NCBI GenBank assembly: GCA_013239625.1
Contig: MU056029.1
Location: 1-64,000, forward strand
Length of the DNA: 64,000 nucleotides
Source: Lama guanicoe
Taxonomy: Eukaryota
Direction of reading: 5' to 3'
Shown: one piece after another, positions 49,775 through 62,870 of the stretch
How the letters are laid out: the number at the start of each line of letters is the position of its first letter
Numbering within the stretch: position 1 is the first letter of the stretch
Made by a program: the position numbers and the translations under genes
Notes under the pieces: model-generated
The model's input: only the letters and a program-made list of their open reading frames with translations
Databases searched by the model: none
What the model was told of the DNA's origin: nothing

Positions 49775-51832
49775 CTCTGTAGCACAGGAATATTTCATCC
49801 ACAGTTTTTAGAGCTGAGTTGAAAAAAGAATCCACAGTAGCAACAGATATGAATGAGAATTACCAAAAGTGAAAATTAATCTGGACCCTCTCCTCCTTCA
49901 GTGATTACAGAGAGCTATGGTTCCAAATAGACCTGTGGACTAGCATGTGAGATGTTCACATTAGTTCCTTAAGGGAACGTGGATATTACTATGGCTAATT
50001 CTTCTCCATGAGTGACTCATATTGATGATATGATTCTCATGAATAGGACTTTAATTTATACCTGAGCTTTGCTTTGATTGAATTTGAGAAATCTTACTCA
50101 TTAGTTTTCATTTCTATGGTGCATTATTTGGTTGGATCGAAATTCGTATATAGACAAATTTATTTGTTTGTTGATTATTTTGAGTTTGCTAAGGTGTTGT
50201 GGTATTTGTGGATCATAAATGAACTACTCATAATTGAAGGACCATGGCAGTCGCAGCCAGAGGTTTAAGATTCAGGTATATGCTTTGCCCGTGATAAATG
50301 AGACTAAATAAAATAAGCAACCTGAAACTGTTATCAAGATTCTGGTTATCATGTGGCTTCATTAGATTAATTTTAACTGAGAAATACATGCTATGAGAAA
50401 TGCCAGGGTTTTTTTCCTGCTCTGGCTTACTGGAAGATAGAGTGAAGACCTGGTTAAAGTAGTAAGATTTTATTTCTGCATAAAGGCTCCTGACAGGTGC
50501 TTGAGGCCAAGGTATCTTACTTGTCTTGATTTGACTGTGTTTGGTGAATCACTTGTTTTTTATACAAAAGAATGTGGCCTCCCCTTTTTTGAGTAATATC
50601 CCTCATTTAAAAACAGGGACACGTAAGCAATGCAGACATAAGATACGTAGTTTTCATCTTTGACCACTGCCCTAATCCTGTCCTCACAGACAAAGACAAA
50701 TGGGGGAAAGGACCCTTTAGCCCACTTTCCCTGGGGCACTATGAACTGCCTGGCTGTCCTGCACTGAATCTCTCAGACCTTCCATCCACTAGTCCACTTG
50801 GGACCAGAAATTAAGGATGCCACCCCTAGTAAGAGATTAGAAGACAAAGAAGTTGTAGGTGTGGGTGGTGCCAGGGTTTAAGTGAATAAGAACATCTTGT
50901 CTTAAGGAGAATCATGCTTAGTAGAACTACACTGGAGGCCAGCACAGGTGACAACCCCAGACTGTGAAGTGGGAGAGAGGGTTCATTGGAGTAGAAATTC
51001 TATTCATGGGCTTTAGACAGTAAATCCCACATGGGAAACTTGTTTCAGCCACCTCTTTCTGTCACCTTCCAAGTAAGCAATGTCTTATATTAATCAGATT
51101 TTGATGATTTATTCTCATTTTTTAATTATACCTCACATCTCTTTTATTTTCTTTTACCTTGTGTATATGTTACATAGATTAGGCTGCCTTTGATAACTGA
51201 GAAATTTGAAACAGACTTCTAAACTAGTAAAGACTTGCTTCTGTGGCATTTAGGTTTATTCTTTCAGACAATATAAATATCTTTATGGGTTATTTTCTCC
51301 ATGATATATATCTATATATCTATATATGTCTATATCTATATCTATAGTGAGATCCTCAATGGAAGAATTTTACTTTTCAGCTGAGTTTGTTTTACTGAAA
51401 TTTGAGAAAACTTTTTGATTCATCGGCACCATTTCTACAGTGCAATATTTGCTTGGTTCTAAATGCCCAAGTAGACAAACTCGATCCTGTTGTATTAGTT
51501 AAGATTTTTCATTTGTAGATCATTTTGGACTATGAATATTCAAGGATCCTGGCAATTGTGAATCCTTGAAATCCATATATTTGTTTTCCTGTGGATGTAA
51601 AATAATCAGTAAAATTAGGAGCTTCTTGACATCCTATTTACTTTATTTTTACGAATAGTGCCCATGAAATACAGTTTCCATTTTTGATCACTGTCCTGCT
51701 CCTGTCCTCCTAGACAAAGATTACTGAGATGGATGGACTTTCTGTCCTTCTAAACCAGGGACTCATGAAAGCTACACAGGCTAACTTCTCTGAGTCTATC
51801 CAAACGCCAATCCACATTGGTACAAAGTTTTT

Positions 51833-52146
51833 TTGTTTTTTAAAAGACTTTATTTTTTTAGAGCAGTTTCACGTTCACAACAGAATTGAGCAGAAAATAC
51901 AGAGTTCGCACATAGCCCTCCCCAGCCACACACATATACTCCCCTACCCTCACATCCCTCATCAGTGTGGCATGTTTGGTACAATCAATGAATCAATATG
52001 GACACATTATTATCAACCAAAGTCCATAGTTTACATTAGGGTTCACTCTTGATGTACATTCTATGGGTTTTGACAAATGCATAATGACGTGTAGCCACCA
52101 CTGTAGTATCATACAGAATACTTTCATTGCCCTAAAACTCCCTTGT
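51833..52146 (-). mobile_element. 5'-truncated L1 3' end (L1MB/MC-like) with degenerate TSD
   Basis: ttttagagcagtttcacgttcacaacagaattgagcagaaaatacagagttc; flanks CACATTGGTACAAAGTTTTT (51813) and CACATTGGCACAGGGTTTTT (52147). Confidence 0.85.
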
Positions 52147-55100
52147 CACATTGGCACAGGGTTTTTAAGGATGCTAACCCTGGTTAGAGTTTTCAGGATC
52201 AAATAAATATATAAGGGTAGTGCCATGGCTTGTGTCATGAGGAGATTTGATAACATAGAATTTATGTTAATCCCCAGCGTAAGTACCATTCTTGAGAAGG
52301 GTTGTAGGAGTGTTCTAGGCTATACAAAACAGAACTATGGAAGCAGATATGATTAAGAGAAAAGAGCGAGTAGTCATTGAAAATTTGGCTAAGAAACTGT
52401 GCAATAGAATGAAAGCATCAGATTGGGCAGGTGTTGCCATAATGACTTGGAAGAAAGGGAATGAAAAACAGTCATGCCACTAAATGGCAAATTGGAACTG
52501 AAGCTACAGTGTAATCGAACCCTATTTATTTTTCATTTCAATATAAAGAATATCAGCCCTATCCTTTTGTAACTCCAATAACTCAACTGCCTGTTAGAAT
52601 GTATTAAGGACTGCTGGGAAGGCTGAAAATGCTAAGTGTCTGTATTCCCTTTTCCCTAGTGCTCTGGAGAAATCCACAGAAATTTCTTGAGGTGCTGTGC
52701 ACTGTGTTTTCAGTCTACAGCCCTATACATGGGAATGCATACTGGCTGTCTCATGGATTGTTGCCTCCAGTTGACTTTCTTTGACTAATGAAACAGAAAC
52801 AAAGAAGGCAAAATGGTAATCCCGATATTAGGGAGTCCCAAGTCCTCAGGAATCCAACTGTACGCTTCCTCCAACAACTCAGGCTATTCTGTTCTTTGTA
52901 CCTCGGAAACCTAACATGTGGGGCTACTGACAAGATTCTCTGGAGCCTTTCTGGAGAATAAACTGAGAGAAGCTAAGTGCTACACTCCGAAGCTGAGTGA
53001 GTCCTTCACTGTTCTTCATCACAGTTCACTGAGGCTTTGTCTGTGTTTACAGATATAAATCCATGTGAAGATCAGAATAGACCTGGAGTCTCTCCATTTT
53101 TATGGCACGTTTCTTGCCAGGAATTCAAACACAAGTAGGAGAGAAAGTAGGTTGATGGCAAGAACAAACAGTTTCTCAGCTATTTGCAGCTTCAACCTAG
53201 CTTTGTGAAAATATGTAGAAAGATAAGACATAAAGAAATGAAAGACTGCAGTTTAGCTGCCAAGTTATAATTATTTACAAGGGAACACAATCTTTTCTGG
53301 GGTCCCCGATAAATAAGAAAGAACATGATGATAGAAAATCAATAATTTACTATTAAAAAGTCAAGACATTGGAAAAAAGAATGCTCTGTGCTAAGTGGGC
53401 AGGGCTCCAGGCTGGGCTCCCTGGTTGAATGGGGCTAGTGGAGGACTCCCTCTTCTAGCCAAGCTGCTAGCAGGGGCCCTGGTTGGGCAAGGACGCTGTT
53501 CGGAGCAGATGGCTTCTGCCAAGATCTGCAGCACTAGCGGCTGTGAGCCCACGTCCCTTTTCCTTTTTCCTAACTGTCCTCAGGTGGTGTAACAATGCCA
53601 GTTCCCTCAGAGATCTACGTGAAGTGAGAGCAAGTTGAGTTTCTCAGACGATGCCACAAAACACTGGGAAAGCTGTGTGTGTGTCTTAGTTTCTCTTTCC
53701 ACAACTGGAGAAATATCGGGCCAAGGAGAGCCATCTCAGTGTGTTGCTGTTCCAGCTCAGGGAAGGGGCAACACGTACAAACGGAAATGTTTGCTCCAGC
53801 CCTTTTTGATGTGGTTTTCCTGGGTTTCATGCTTCCCCTGGGCACTAGAGCCTTCCTGCTGGGGGTCAGACTGTCAGAAGGGCATTCTCATCTGTGCACA
53901 GCTGCTAAGCTGTTTTCCGTGAGGGGAGTAGGGCCAGAGATGCCTAATTTGCCATCTTTCCAATGTTTTGCTTTAGATTAGCCTTCAGCCTCAAAGTGAA
54001 TACCTGTGCTAATAATAAATATGTTCATGGTCTGCTATGCAACCAGCCAGATTTGGAAGAGTGGAGGCTTCCTAATGTTGATAGAAACTAAAATATTACA
54101 TAGGGAGGTGAATTACCACTTTATTAGAGTCATTGAAAATTCTCCAACAATTCTTTTCTGTGAAAAGAGATACTAAGTTTTGGAAAAAAATAAATGCCTG
54201 TTACTTCTGTCCAGAAACTCTTATTTGTAATTTCAGAAATATTGACTGTAAGAACTAGAAAATTACAAATCAAGGGTAAATAAGAAGAGTATCATGAGAA
54301 AATAGGAGTTACATTATAGGATTTTTTTTTACTCCAATCGTATGCTTGGGTGGCTTTTTCATGCCACTGACAAACTTATTCAAACAGAAGGAATATGCTG
54401 AATATTTCGGAATCTTGAAACTCTTTTATAAGACTAAATATTTCAGTAAATAATATAAGTATGTGCTCTTCATGAAAAAAAATCTTTACAGGGAACATCT
54501 AAGATAAGTCAAGTATGCTACCTGAGGCCAATGTTACATGGAATATGTCGACCAATTGACTTTATCAACCTTACACTTTTAGAAGGTATTAACTGTTTTT
54601 ATTAATGTTTGGTATGGTGTTTAGATGGCCAGACATGCTTCCATAGGCTAGAACTGATGTTGAAACAATTTTTAAAAAGCACCTTACTAAATTATGTCAT
54701 CTCAACTTTTGGAATTCCTAAACATCTAGAATCCAATGAAGTAATTCTATATTTGTGGTTAATTCAGGAGCTTTGTAATATCCTACAAATGCTCAAATTT
54801 GCCTACTCTTTATCATCTCCAGTCTCTGGACAAGTGGAATGAATGAACCATACTCTAAAATTTTATGTGGCCAAAAAAAAACCTTACCATTTGTTTTTAT
54901 TAAAAATTAGGTTAACTCCCTCTAGGAAGTGTGCTATTTCTCAAATTGCATTTAAAAGATATTTGTATTTAGGGTTTAAGCCTAACCCATTATCTGATAC
55001 AATGAAAAGCAGTCAATATCAGATGTAATACTTGAAGAGTCTGTGGGCTTCTCTGGTCTAATTTTGCCACCATGTGGCCAGATGCTGGAAAAATCCCCCT

Positions 55101-58100
55101 GAGAAGCTGTGTCATCACTATTGAGCGGAGACCTGGTTTATATCAAATTGTTCCAACATCCGGCTGATGGTCATCACATTAGACAGAACCCTGCCAGATG
55201 ATGTTGATAATTCCCACCACCATCAAGAAGAAGAAACCCAAGGAGATGCATTCTTCTCTTGTGAGACTAATACCTGTGATCGAGTGGACCATAATTCCTA
55301 TTAAGAACCTTAAGGTTAAATCCTCTAGATTGTAACTTAAAATAATATGCAGGCTGAACAGAGAGCTTCTCTAATGGACAGACAGCAGGAGAGATAGATT
55401 GTTTCGTTACTTCTTAATTATCTTGACCATTTTAATTTTGATACGTATTCTTTTTCGTGTCAATTAAACATGAAGCTTATAGTATTTATTCCTTCTTCCT
55501 TTAAAAATGAATATCTTAACCTCAAGGAATTTTGAATTGACAGGTCTTCTGCATATGGAGCTAGGACTCAAGAAACACCTATTTTGTCATAATTCTTTAA
55601 ACCCACCAATTGGTTAGTTTAAATTTAGGAGAAATGGAAAATGTCCACTCCCACAGACTGGTCTATATTACCCAAATAAGCTATCTTAAATATCACCCTT
55701 TATAGTATTGAATATATAACTGGAAGAAATTTTCAACTGATCAAACTAAATACAAGTATATTCAAAATGAAAGTCCTGGAACACTAATGCAAAACTCCAA
55801 CTGCTTTCTGTCTTATAAAGCTACTGGAGTCCAGTTTAACGAAACTGAAATTAATGTATAATGAGGAAAAACTACCCCAGCCCAAATGATAAAGGATATT
55901 TCTTTCACAAGTCCAAAAAGATACTGTCCCATAAAAATAAGCTTAACCTGCTAAGTGCTTGGCAATCTCCAGTCCCCGCATTTAAGGTTTCTAGGATCAT
56001 TAAATGAAATACATCTTTCAATATTAACAATACTGCTGATTTGAGACAATTCAATTCTATTTGTATACAGTAGGTTTTACCATTATGAAACTTTTATACA
56101 GGAATTAAAATACTATCATAATAAAAACAAAAGAGACTTAATAAATACCATATTTATAGGGATATAGAAGCTGGGACCACAATTGTGAACTCTGTTTATA
56201 TATAAATACTGATACACATACTCAATGCCTTGGTACAATTATAGGAAGATGTAATTCAGATGCAAGCAGGGTGGAATAAAAACCTACTAGAGAACACAGA
56301 GTAAGAGAGAAATACTCAATACTCATCTAGGTCTCTGTGCATAACTAGACCAATATCTCTACATTAAATGAGATTCTAATAGTGTCGTGTTGCATTAGGG
56401 TCATTGAACAACATTTAGTAAATGAAAGATTCTGCCAACAGAGATGAAAATGTGAGATTCAGTAATTTTCTATCCTTATTAAACCTAAAGTTGATTTTAT
56501 TAATGAGGAAACCCATTTATTAATTTCAGCACCTGAATATCATGTTAATATATTATTTTAAGTATAATAATATATATGCTATTAATGACAAAAGGTGCCT
56601 AGAGATAAATACTATTCTCAGTAGCCTGATACTTAATTTGTAAACCCCGAGTTTCATGTGGATTCAGGGGATGCCATTTCAGGAAAGTTCACATGCAGTG
56701 GACAGTGCCAAATGTTTTCTGAGTATGGACTATATTCCTCCCTTAAGGAAAAGCATTAAAGAGCCATGTTCCATGACAGACCTAGTTCTATTATTTGATA
56801 CCCATCCTACTCCTGTGCATTTAAGTAATTTGGCCTGTACCACTGGAGAATTAATGTGAGTCACGTGCCTACCGCTGAAATACATCAAAACACCAGTCCA
56901 AATTGGTACCACAATTGGCTAGTAAGTGTATTCAGGCCCAAGTGTATGTATGCATGTGGAGTCCCACAGTTTGGGTCAATTATGAAAACTTATTGTCTTG
57001 AAGTGAGATGATGATGTAAAAATTGTGATCAATTGAATTATGATGAAGATAAACCTATGTTTTACAGGGAAATATATATGTAATCATTATTTCCTTTCTA
57101 GGCATTTTATTTGGCACTTGAGACAAGGAAACCTTAAAAGAGGCTCATTTGAACCAATCCTATTTGCTCAAAAGTTAAAAAAAATTCATCCTATAGACTT
57201 TATGTCAGAGATTCATAATTTTTAATAGTAAGTTATATTAAGAGATAACGTCATCACTGCTTTTCTCTCAATGTGTCTTTGAGTAAGACATTCAACCAAG
57301 GGGTGCAACACTGCATTGATGGTAATTGTCTAGTTTCCTTTGGTCATTGTGTAGCCCAGATAGAAAATTCACTGGAGGAGTTGTACACCTCAGGTAAACA
57401 GGTTTAAGCAGAAGATAAACTGAATAGGTATATGAAATTTCCTTTTTAATGAGCGACTGACTGACTTGATGTAAATTTTTTGTTATAAAAGTTTCATTTG
57501 AACATGAAATTAATAATATAGAATTTGAGAAATTTAGATTCAGTGTCCCCAGGGCAATGTTTAATCTAACTCAACAAACATGATGAGAGAAATATTTTTA
57601 TAATTTTAGGGAATTCTAACTGCTTTGAGTGACTTTGAAGTACCAAAGAATTTCCCATAAACGGAGGAAAATGCCATTGAAGAAGGGATTTGAGATTCAG
57701 TATTTGTACTGTTATGAAAGTAAATTTTTAACTTAAAATTTAGAATATACATTAAGAAACACATTTAAAATTACAGCTCATGATATGAACCCATTGATCA
57801 TTTAATAAAGGATATGCTATAAATGATACCAGAAGATTCTCATTTACACATAAATAGGCCAGTGGCACCAAATCAGAAATGTTGCTTCTTTTTCTCAACG
57901 AGTGACTGACTTTAAGGAATTCTCATGAGCAAATCCAATATATTTGGATGAAATTGTATTAAACTACCTGAGCTGTGGTTCCCATTCTACGGTGTGGTTT
58001 CATTTGACCTGAATATATAAGAATACATATTTACATGGATTATTGAATTCATTTGTTCTACAGTTGCCAAGTTTGTATGATATTGAAGAAGACACAAGCA

Positions 58101-59021
58101 TAACAATAGCTTATTAACCATGTTCAAAAAAGGTGGTTCAGTAATTTCAAAGTATTCATTAAAAAACACAGTTAAAACTGCACTGCTATCTGATTTGCAA
58201 TCTAAAGACTTATGCGGATTTAAGAATAAGTTTTTATGAAGTTCATATGCAATCAAAAAAGGCACAGATAAAGCAGTGATTAATAAAATGAAATTGATAA
58301 AAGAAACAATCTCATGTTTCCAAACAGCTGAAGGCATATATAAGTTTAATAAAATAAAATTATAAACACTCTCTTTCTACTCCAGAGGCAAAAAGGATAA
58401 ACAAAACTGTAATGATCGCTGTCAAAACTGAATGTAATGACCTCTAAGAAAAGAACCGATAAGATTCAAGCTCAATTAGATGAAGATGTACATTTTAAAA
58501 TATGTACTACAATGTGAAAATAAACAATAAAAAGAATTTTTAAAATATTTAGTTATTGAAAACACTAAAAAAAGGTTCAGCTGAATGCCACCAAATATTA
58601 TGAAACTAATGTTAAGCATAAAATATTAATTTTAAAATATTTTGTAATAAGCATGCTAAAGAGAGGGAAAGGATACTTCAAAATGTCATTAATTCCTGAA
58701 AATAAAAACTCATATTATCTTAAAGACATATGATGGCCTAAAAAAATGTTCAAAAGGATTAAGCTGAGGCAAAATGCATGTGGGAATCTGGAGGCAGAAA
58801 GATGGGGATCGTTCCGTACCTTCTAGAACCACGGGTTTTATGTGTGGAGGTACCTTATGCCTCAAGGAACGCTCTTGAGGCTTGACCGTGACTATGGGCT
58901 TCCACCTGGGTGAGACAGGCTGCTGTTTTCGAATTTCTTTTCTGATCTCCATTCCACCCTACCCCAGGGAGGTCTTCTGAGGCCCACCCTCATCACTTTC
59001 TTTTGCGACTGCGTCTTTCAG

Positions 59022-59063
59022 TATGTTCTGGAAAGATGTTCTCCATAGCTTGAAAATTTTGAG
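59022..59063 (+). ncRNA. SNHG14: Putative short SNHG14 (115HG) repeat exon
   Basis: gcgtctttcAG acceptor and GAG/gtgagt donor; 42 nt; paralogs at 61067 and 63119. Confidence 0.65.
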
Positions 59064-60578
59064 GTGAGTGGGCATCTTAGGTCCTAGGATCCTAGCCCCA
59101 GAGCACTCTGAACAATGGAGGCAGCCTGCCTCCAAACAGTAAAGAGGAGGGAGCCCTTTCAGGAACCTCAGTGTTGACAGAAGGGGTTTCTCCAGCAGTT
59201 GGAGTTCTACAGGATAAGGCCTCTGGCCCTGAAAAGCTTTTCTTTAGAGCGGAATTCTAATCCAGTTGGAAATGGAGGCAAGGTTTCCTTCACTGGCCAC
59301 CCAGGGAAACATTCATTCAACTCTCTGCATACTTTCAGACCGATAATTCAGACCTGTTGACCAGATAGTCACCTTTGGTCTATGATATGCAGTCTACATA
59401 GAAGCACTGTAGGGAACTACCAAGGCCCAGGCTTGGGTGCCATGCCCAGCAGGCATGAACCTATTTTGAGGGCCCCAGGGGTCAAGGTTGCTGACTCTTG
59501 TGGGAGCTGACAGGTAAACACTGAGCCTCCACGAAGCCTGGCATGGACAGCTTGAGGAACCCTGGGCACTTGGGGATGCCAGCTGTTCCTAATGGGCCAT
59601 TTGACTGGTTTCACTTCACCCTACTGGGCCCCTTGTGTTTCACGTGGAGTTCTTTGCTTCCAAAAGCCACTGACCTTAAAGATGACACCCTCCAGAAAAG
59701 AAACCACTTGTGATTGTACTTTTCTAGCTAGGTTGTTGACAACCCTAGTTGACGAGACATAGTACCATCTCCATTGATCGATCATATTGACTTGCAGGAG
59801 AGGGGAGACCCCATGATGGGGGCCAGCAAGGGAGGGATTTGCATTGTTGCTCTTTGAGGGTCATGGGCACACCTTGGAAAGGAACACTGACCCTACAGAA
59901 GGTGGCTCTTGCCCCACTTGAGAGAGCCCAAGAAAGGCTTGTCCTGGAGGACTGCTGGTGGGCCATGGGCCAGTCACCAGATATCTGCTTGCCCCAGTGT
60001 AATTTCTATAACTTCATGGCATGATTCACTTCATGTCCTAGAAAAGGGGTAAAGCCAAGCATCCCATCTACTGCCCACTGCTGGACTGGACCAGGGTTGA
60101 GACCTTCACAAGGGCTCTGTTCCCCAGAACACATGCTTAGGGTTTGGCCAGCCGAGACACCCTTGTGCTGTGCCTTCTGCTGGGGACTTAATCAGTGATG
60201 CTCAGCCTTCTCTGTGGGGTCTTTTTTGGTTCATCATTGATTTGACCTTTAACACATTGTTCATGGATTCATTCAACACTCATCCAATGCCATCCACTCT
60301 TTGGTTCTCTATGAGAACCTATGTAGAGAGAGAGAAAAAAGAATGATGAGGAGGGCTAGAGGTGGAAAGGTTGAGAGGTAGGTAGGTCCGTATGCATATC
60401 AGGTATGTGCTCTATGTCTCTGTGGATAAATGCCTTGTTGATCTTTGTGTTACTTGATTTACAATCATGGGTGCAGAGTGTGTCCTCATTCGATGGAGGA
60501 AGATGTAGCACTTCCGATGCACAATCGCTAAAGGATGGACCAGGAGTTCTCATAGCTGTCCTCCCCCTCTCTAGCCAG

Positions 60579-60689
60579 ATGACACTTCCAGAGAAAGATC
60601 TGAGTTGGACATATTGCCTGTGGGGCAACAGAAGTCAGCCTCTGTCCAGCAGCAGGAAAAGGCTAAATGTCACTCACGTCTTTTCTCAG
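60579..60689 (+). ncRNA. SNHG14: Putative SNHG14 exon upstream of SNORD115
   Basis: ctccccctctctAGccAG acceptor (start 60575 or 60579); CAG/gtaagc donor 48 nt before the snoRNA. Confidence 0.65.
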
Positions 60690-60737
60690 GTAAGCCTACT
60701 GAAATGCTAGCACTCGATGCATGGGAAGCACCTTTGT

Positions 60738-60819
60738 TGGGTCGATGATGAGAACACAGATGGGCTTGAAGAGAAATGATGACCTAAAATCATGCTGAAT
60801 AGTATTACATTGAGACCCA
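60738..60819 (+). ncRNA. SNORD115: SNORD115 (HBII-52) box C/D snoRNA, divergent copy
   Basis: TGGGTCGATGATGAGAACACAGATGGGCTTGAAGAGAAATGATGACCTAAAATCATGCTGAATAGTATTACATTGAGACCCA. C box 60745-60751, C' ATGATGA, D box TTGA, 9-bp stem TGTTGGGTC/GACCCAACA. Confidence 0.93.
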
Positions 60820-61066
60820 ACAGAAGTGGAATGCTGGGCAGAAAGATGGGGATCCCTTTTTCCCCTCCAAAGCCATGGGATTTGGATGCAGAGTCACCCT
60901 GTGCCTTGAGGCACTCCCTTGTGACTGAATTGTGTTCGTGGGCTTCTGCGTGGCTCAAGAAGGCTCCTATTTTTGGCTTTCTTTTCTGATGGCCAGTTTC
61001 CCTCTTCCTGGGAGACCATAGGTAGGGCCTTTCCTCAGCTCCTGTTTTTCTAATTGTGTCTTCCAG

Positions 61067-61111
61067 TCAGACGTTCTGGCAAGACTTCCACAGTGACCTG
61101 CCAAACTGGAG
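61067..61111 (+). ncRNA. SNHG14: Putative short SNHG14 repeat exon
   Basis: ttgtgtcttccAG acceptor (alternative AG 4 nt downstream); GAG/gtgagt donor. Confidence 0.65.
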
Positions 61112-62621
61112 GTGAGTGGATATGTCTGGTCCTAGGTTCTTGTCCCCAGAGCACATTGGACACTAGGGGTGGTTTATTCCAATCAGTAAAGAAGAGGGAA
61201 CCTTTTCGGGGGCTCAGTATCGATGAAAGGGTGATTTCTCCTGTAGTGGCAGCTACACGGGATGGGATCTCTGGCTCTAAAAAGCTTTTCCTTAGAGAGA
61301 ATTTCAATTCGATTGGAATAGGAGGCGAGGTTTTGTCCACTGGCTTCCCTAGGGACCATTCGTGCAATTCCACTCACAATTTCAGGCTGATCAGGCTGAC
61401 TGAGTAAAGAGGATGGCCACCTGTGTTGTGTGCTTGGAGGTCTGCCAAGAACCTTTCGTAGGAAAAAACCAGGGCCCAGGCATGGATAGGGAACCCTGCA
61501 GGCAGGAACCTGTTGAGCTAGTCTCAGTGGGTAAAGGCTGCTGACTCTTGAAGGAGCTGAAGGGCGACCCCCAAGCATTGACAAGGTTTTGACAGGACAG
61601 ATACAGGGACCCTGGGCTTTTGGGGATACAGTTGTTCCTTATGGGCCCATTGATTTGTTTAGTTTCACCCTTGAAAGCCCCTTGTGTTTCACATGGAGTT
61701 CTTCGCCTCTGGGAGACACTCCCTTCAAAGATGCCACCATTCAGAGGACAAACGTCTTATGAGTGTACTTTCCCAGAAAGGCAGTCAGCAGCCCTTGGAG
61801 ACATGATATCATCCTCATCTTGAGACCATGCTGATCTGCAGGAGATGGGGGCCACTATGATACAGGCCTCAAAAAACGGTTTTCGTTGCTACTGTTTGGC
61901 AGTCATGGGTATGACTTGGGAGCAAACGCTGAACCAAAAGAAGGCTCTTGTCCCAGCCTGAACAAGTTCTCATGCAGGTCTTGGCTGGAGGCCTGGTGGT
62001 GAGCCCACGGACCAGTCATCAGACATCTTCTTCCAAAACCTAAATTTCTTTGACTTTTTAGCATGATTTTTCTCTGTGTTCTTGGGCAAGAGGCCAAGCC
62101 CAACATCCCACCTGCCACCCATTGCTGGCCCAGACCAGGATTGAGCCTGTCAAAGGGTTCCATTTCCCCCAGAACCATGCATAGTGTCTGACCAGCCAAG
62201 AAGCCCTTGTGCCCGGCCTCCTGCTGGGTGGAGAACCAATGATACCCTGCCTTCTCTGTGGAGTCCCTTACTGATTCGTCATGGTTTCATCCCTTGGCAC
62301 ATTCTTCATGAACTCATTCACTCACTCATCCAAGTCAGTTCACTCATTCATTCATCTCTGTGAAAAGCTATGTAGGGAGGGAAGAAGCGGGAAAGGAGGA
62401 CGGCTGCACGTGGAAAGGTTGAGAGGTGGGCAAGTCCAATATGCATACCAGATAGGTGTTTTTTCTCTGGGTATAGGTGTCTTTGTCAATGTTTGTGTTT
62501 CTTGATGTATCCCTGGGGATGTGTCTCATCACTGGGGGCATGAAGGTGTAACCCTATGATGCACAATCTCTATAATGATGGACTAAAAGTTCTCACACCT
62601 GCCCTATGCTTCTCTGTACAG

Positions 62622-62740
62622 AAGACATCCCCAGAGGAAGATGTGCCTTGCACATGGAAATCAGCCTTTCTCCAGCACCAGGAAGAGGTAGAAAGTCACT
62701 CACATCCTTCTGGATCTCCTCATGTCCAGAAGTTCCTCAG
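62622..62740 (+). ncRNA. SNHG14: Putative SNHG14 exon upstream of SNORD115
   Basis: gcttctctgtacAG acceptor; CAG/gtaagc donor 48 nt before the snoRNA. Confidence 0.65.
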
Positions 62741-62788
62741 GTAAGCCTACTAAATTGCTTCTGCTCAGATGCCTGCGAAATCCTTGGC

Positions 62789-62870
62789 TGGGTCAATGAT
62801 GAGAACACAGATGGTCTTGAAAAACAATGATGACCTGAACTCGTGCTGAATAAAATCACATTGAGACCCA
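62789..62870 (+). ncRNA. SNORD115: SNORD115 divergent copy (possibly pseudogene)
   Basis: TGGGTCAATGATGAGAACACAGATGGTCTTGAAAAACAATGATGACCTGAACTCGTGCTGAATAAAATCACATTGAGACCCA. C box 62796-62802, D box TTGA, stem CTGGGTC/GACCCAG. Confidence 0.9.

Noticed and set aside
53380..53890. GC-richer block with several overlapping ORFs
   Set aside because: Looks like an old repeat fragment (possibly an antisense L1 5' region); I could not assign it confidently and there is no coding evidence.
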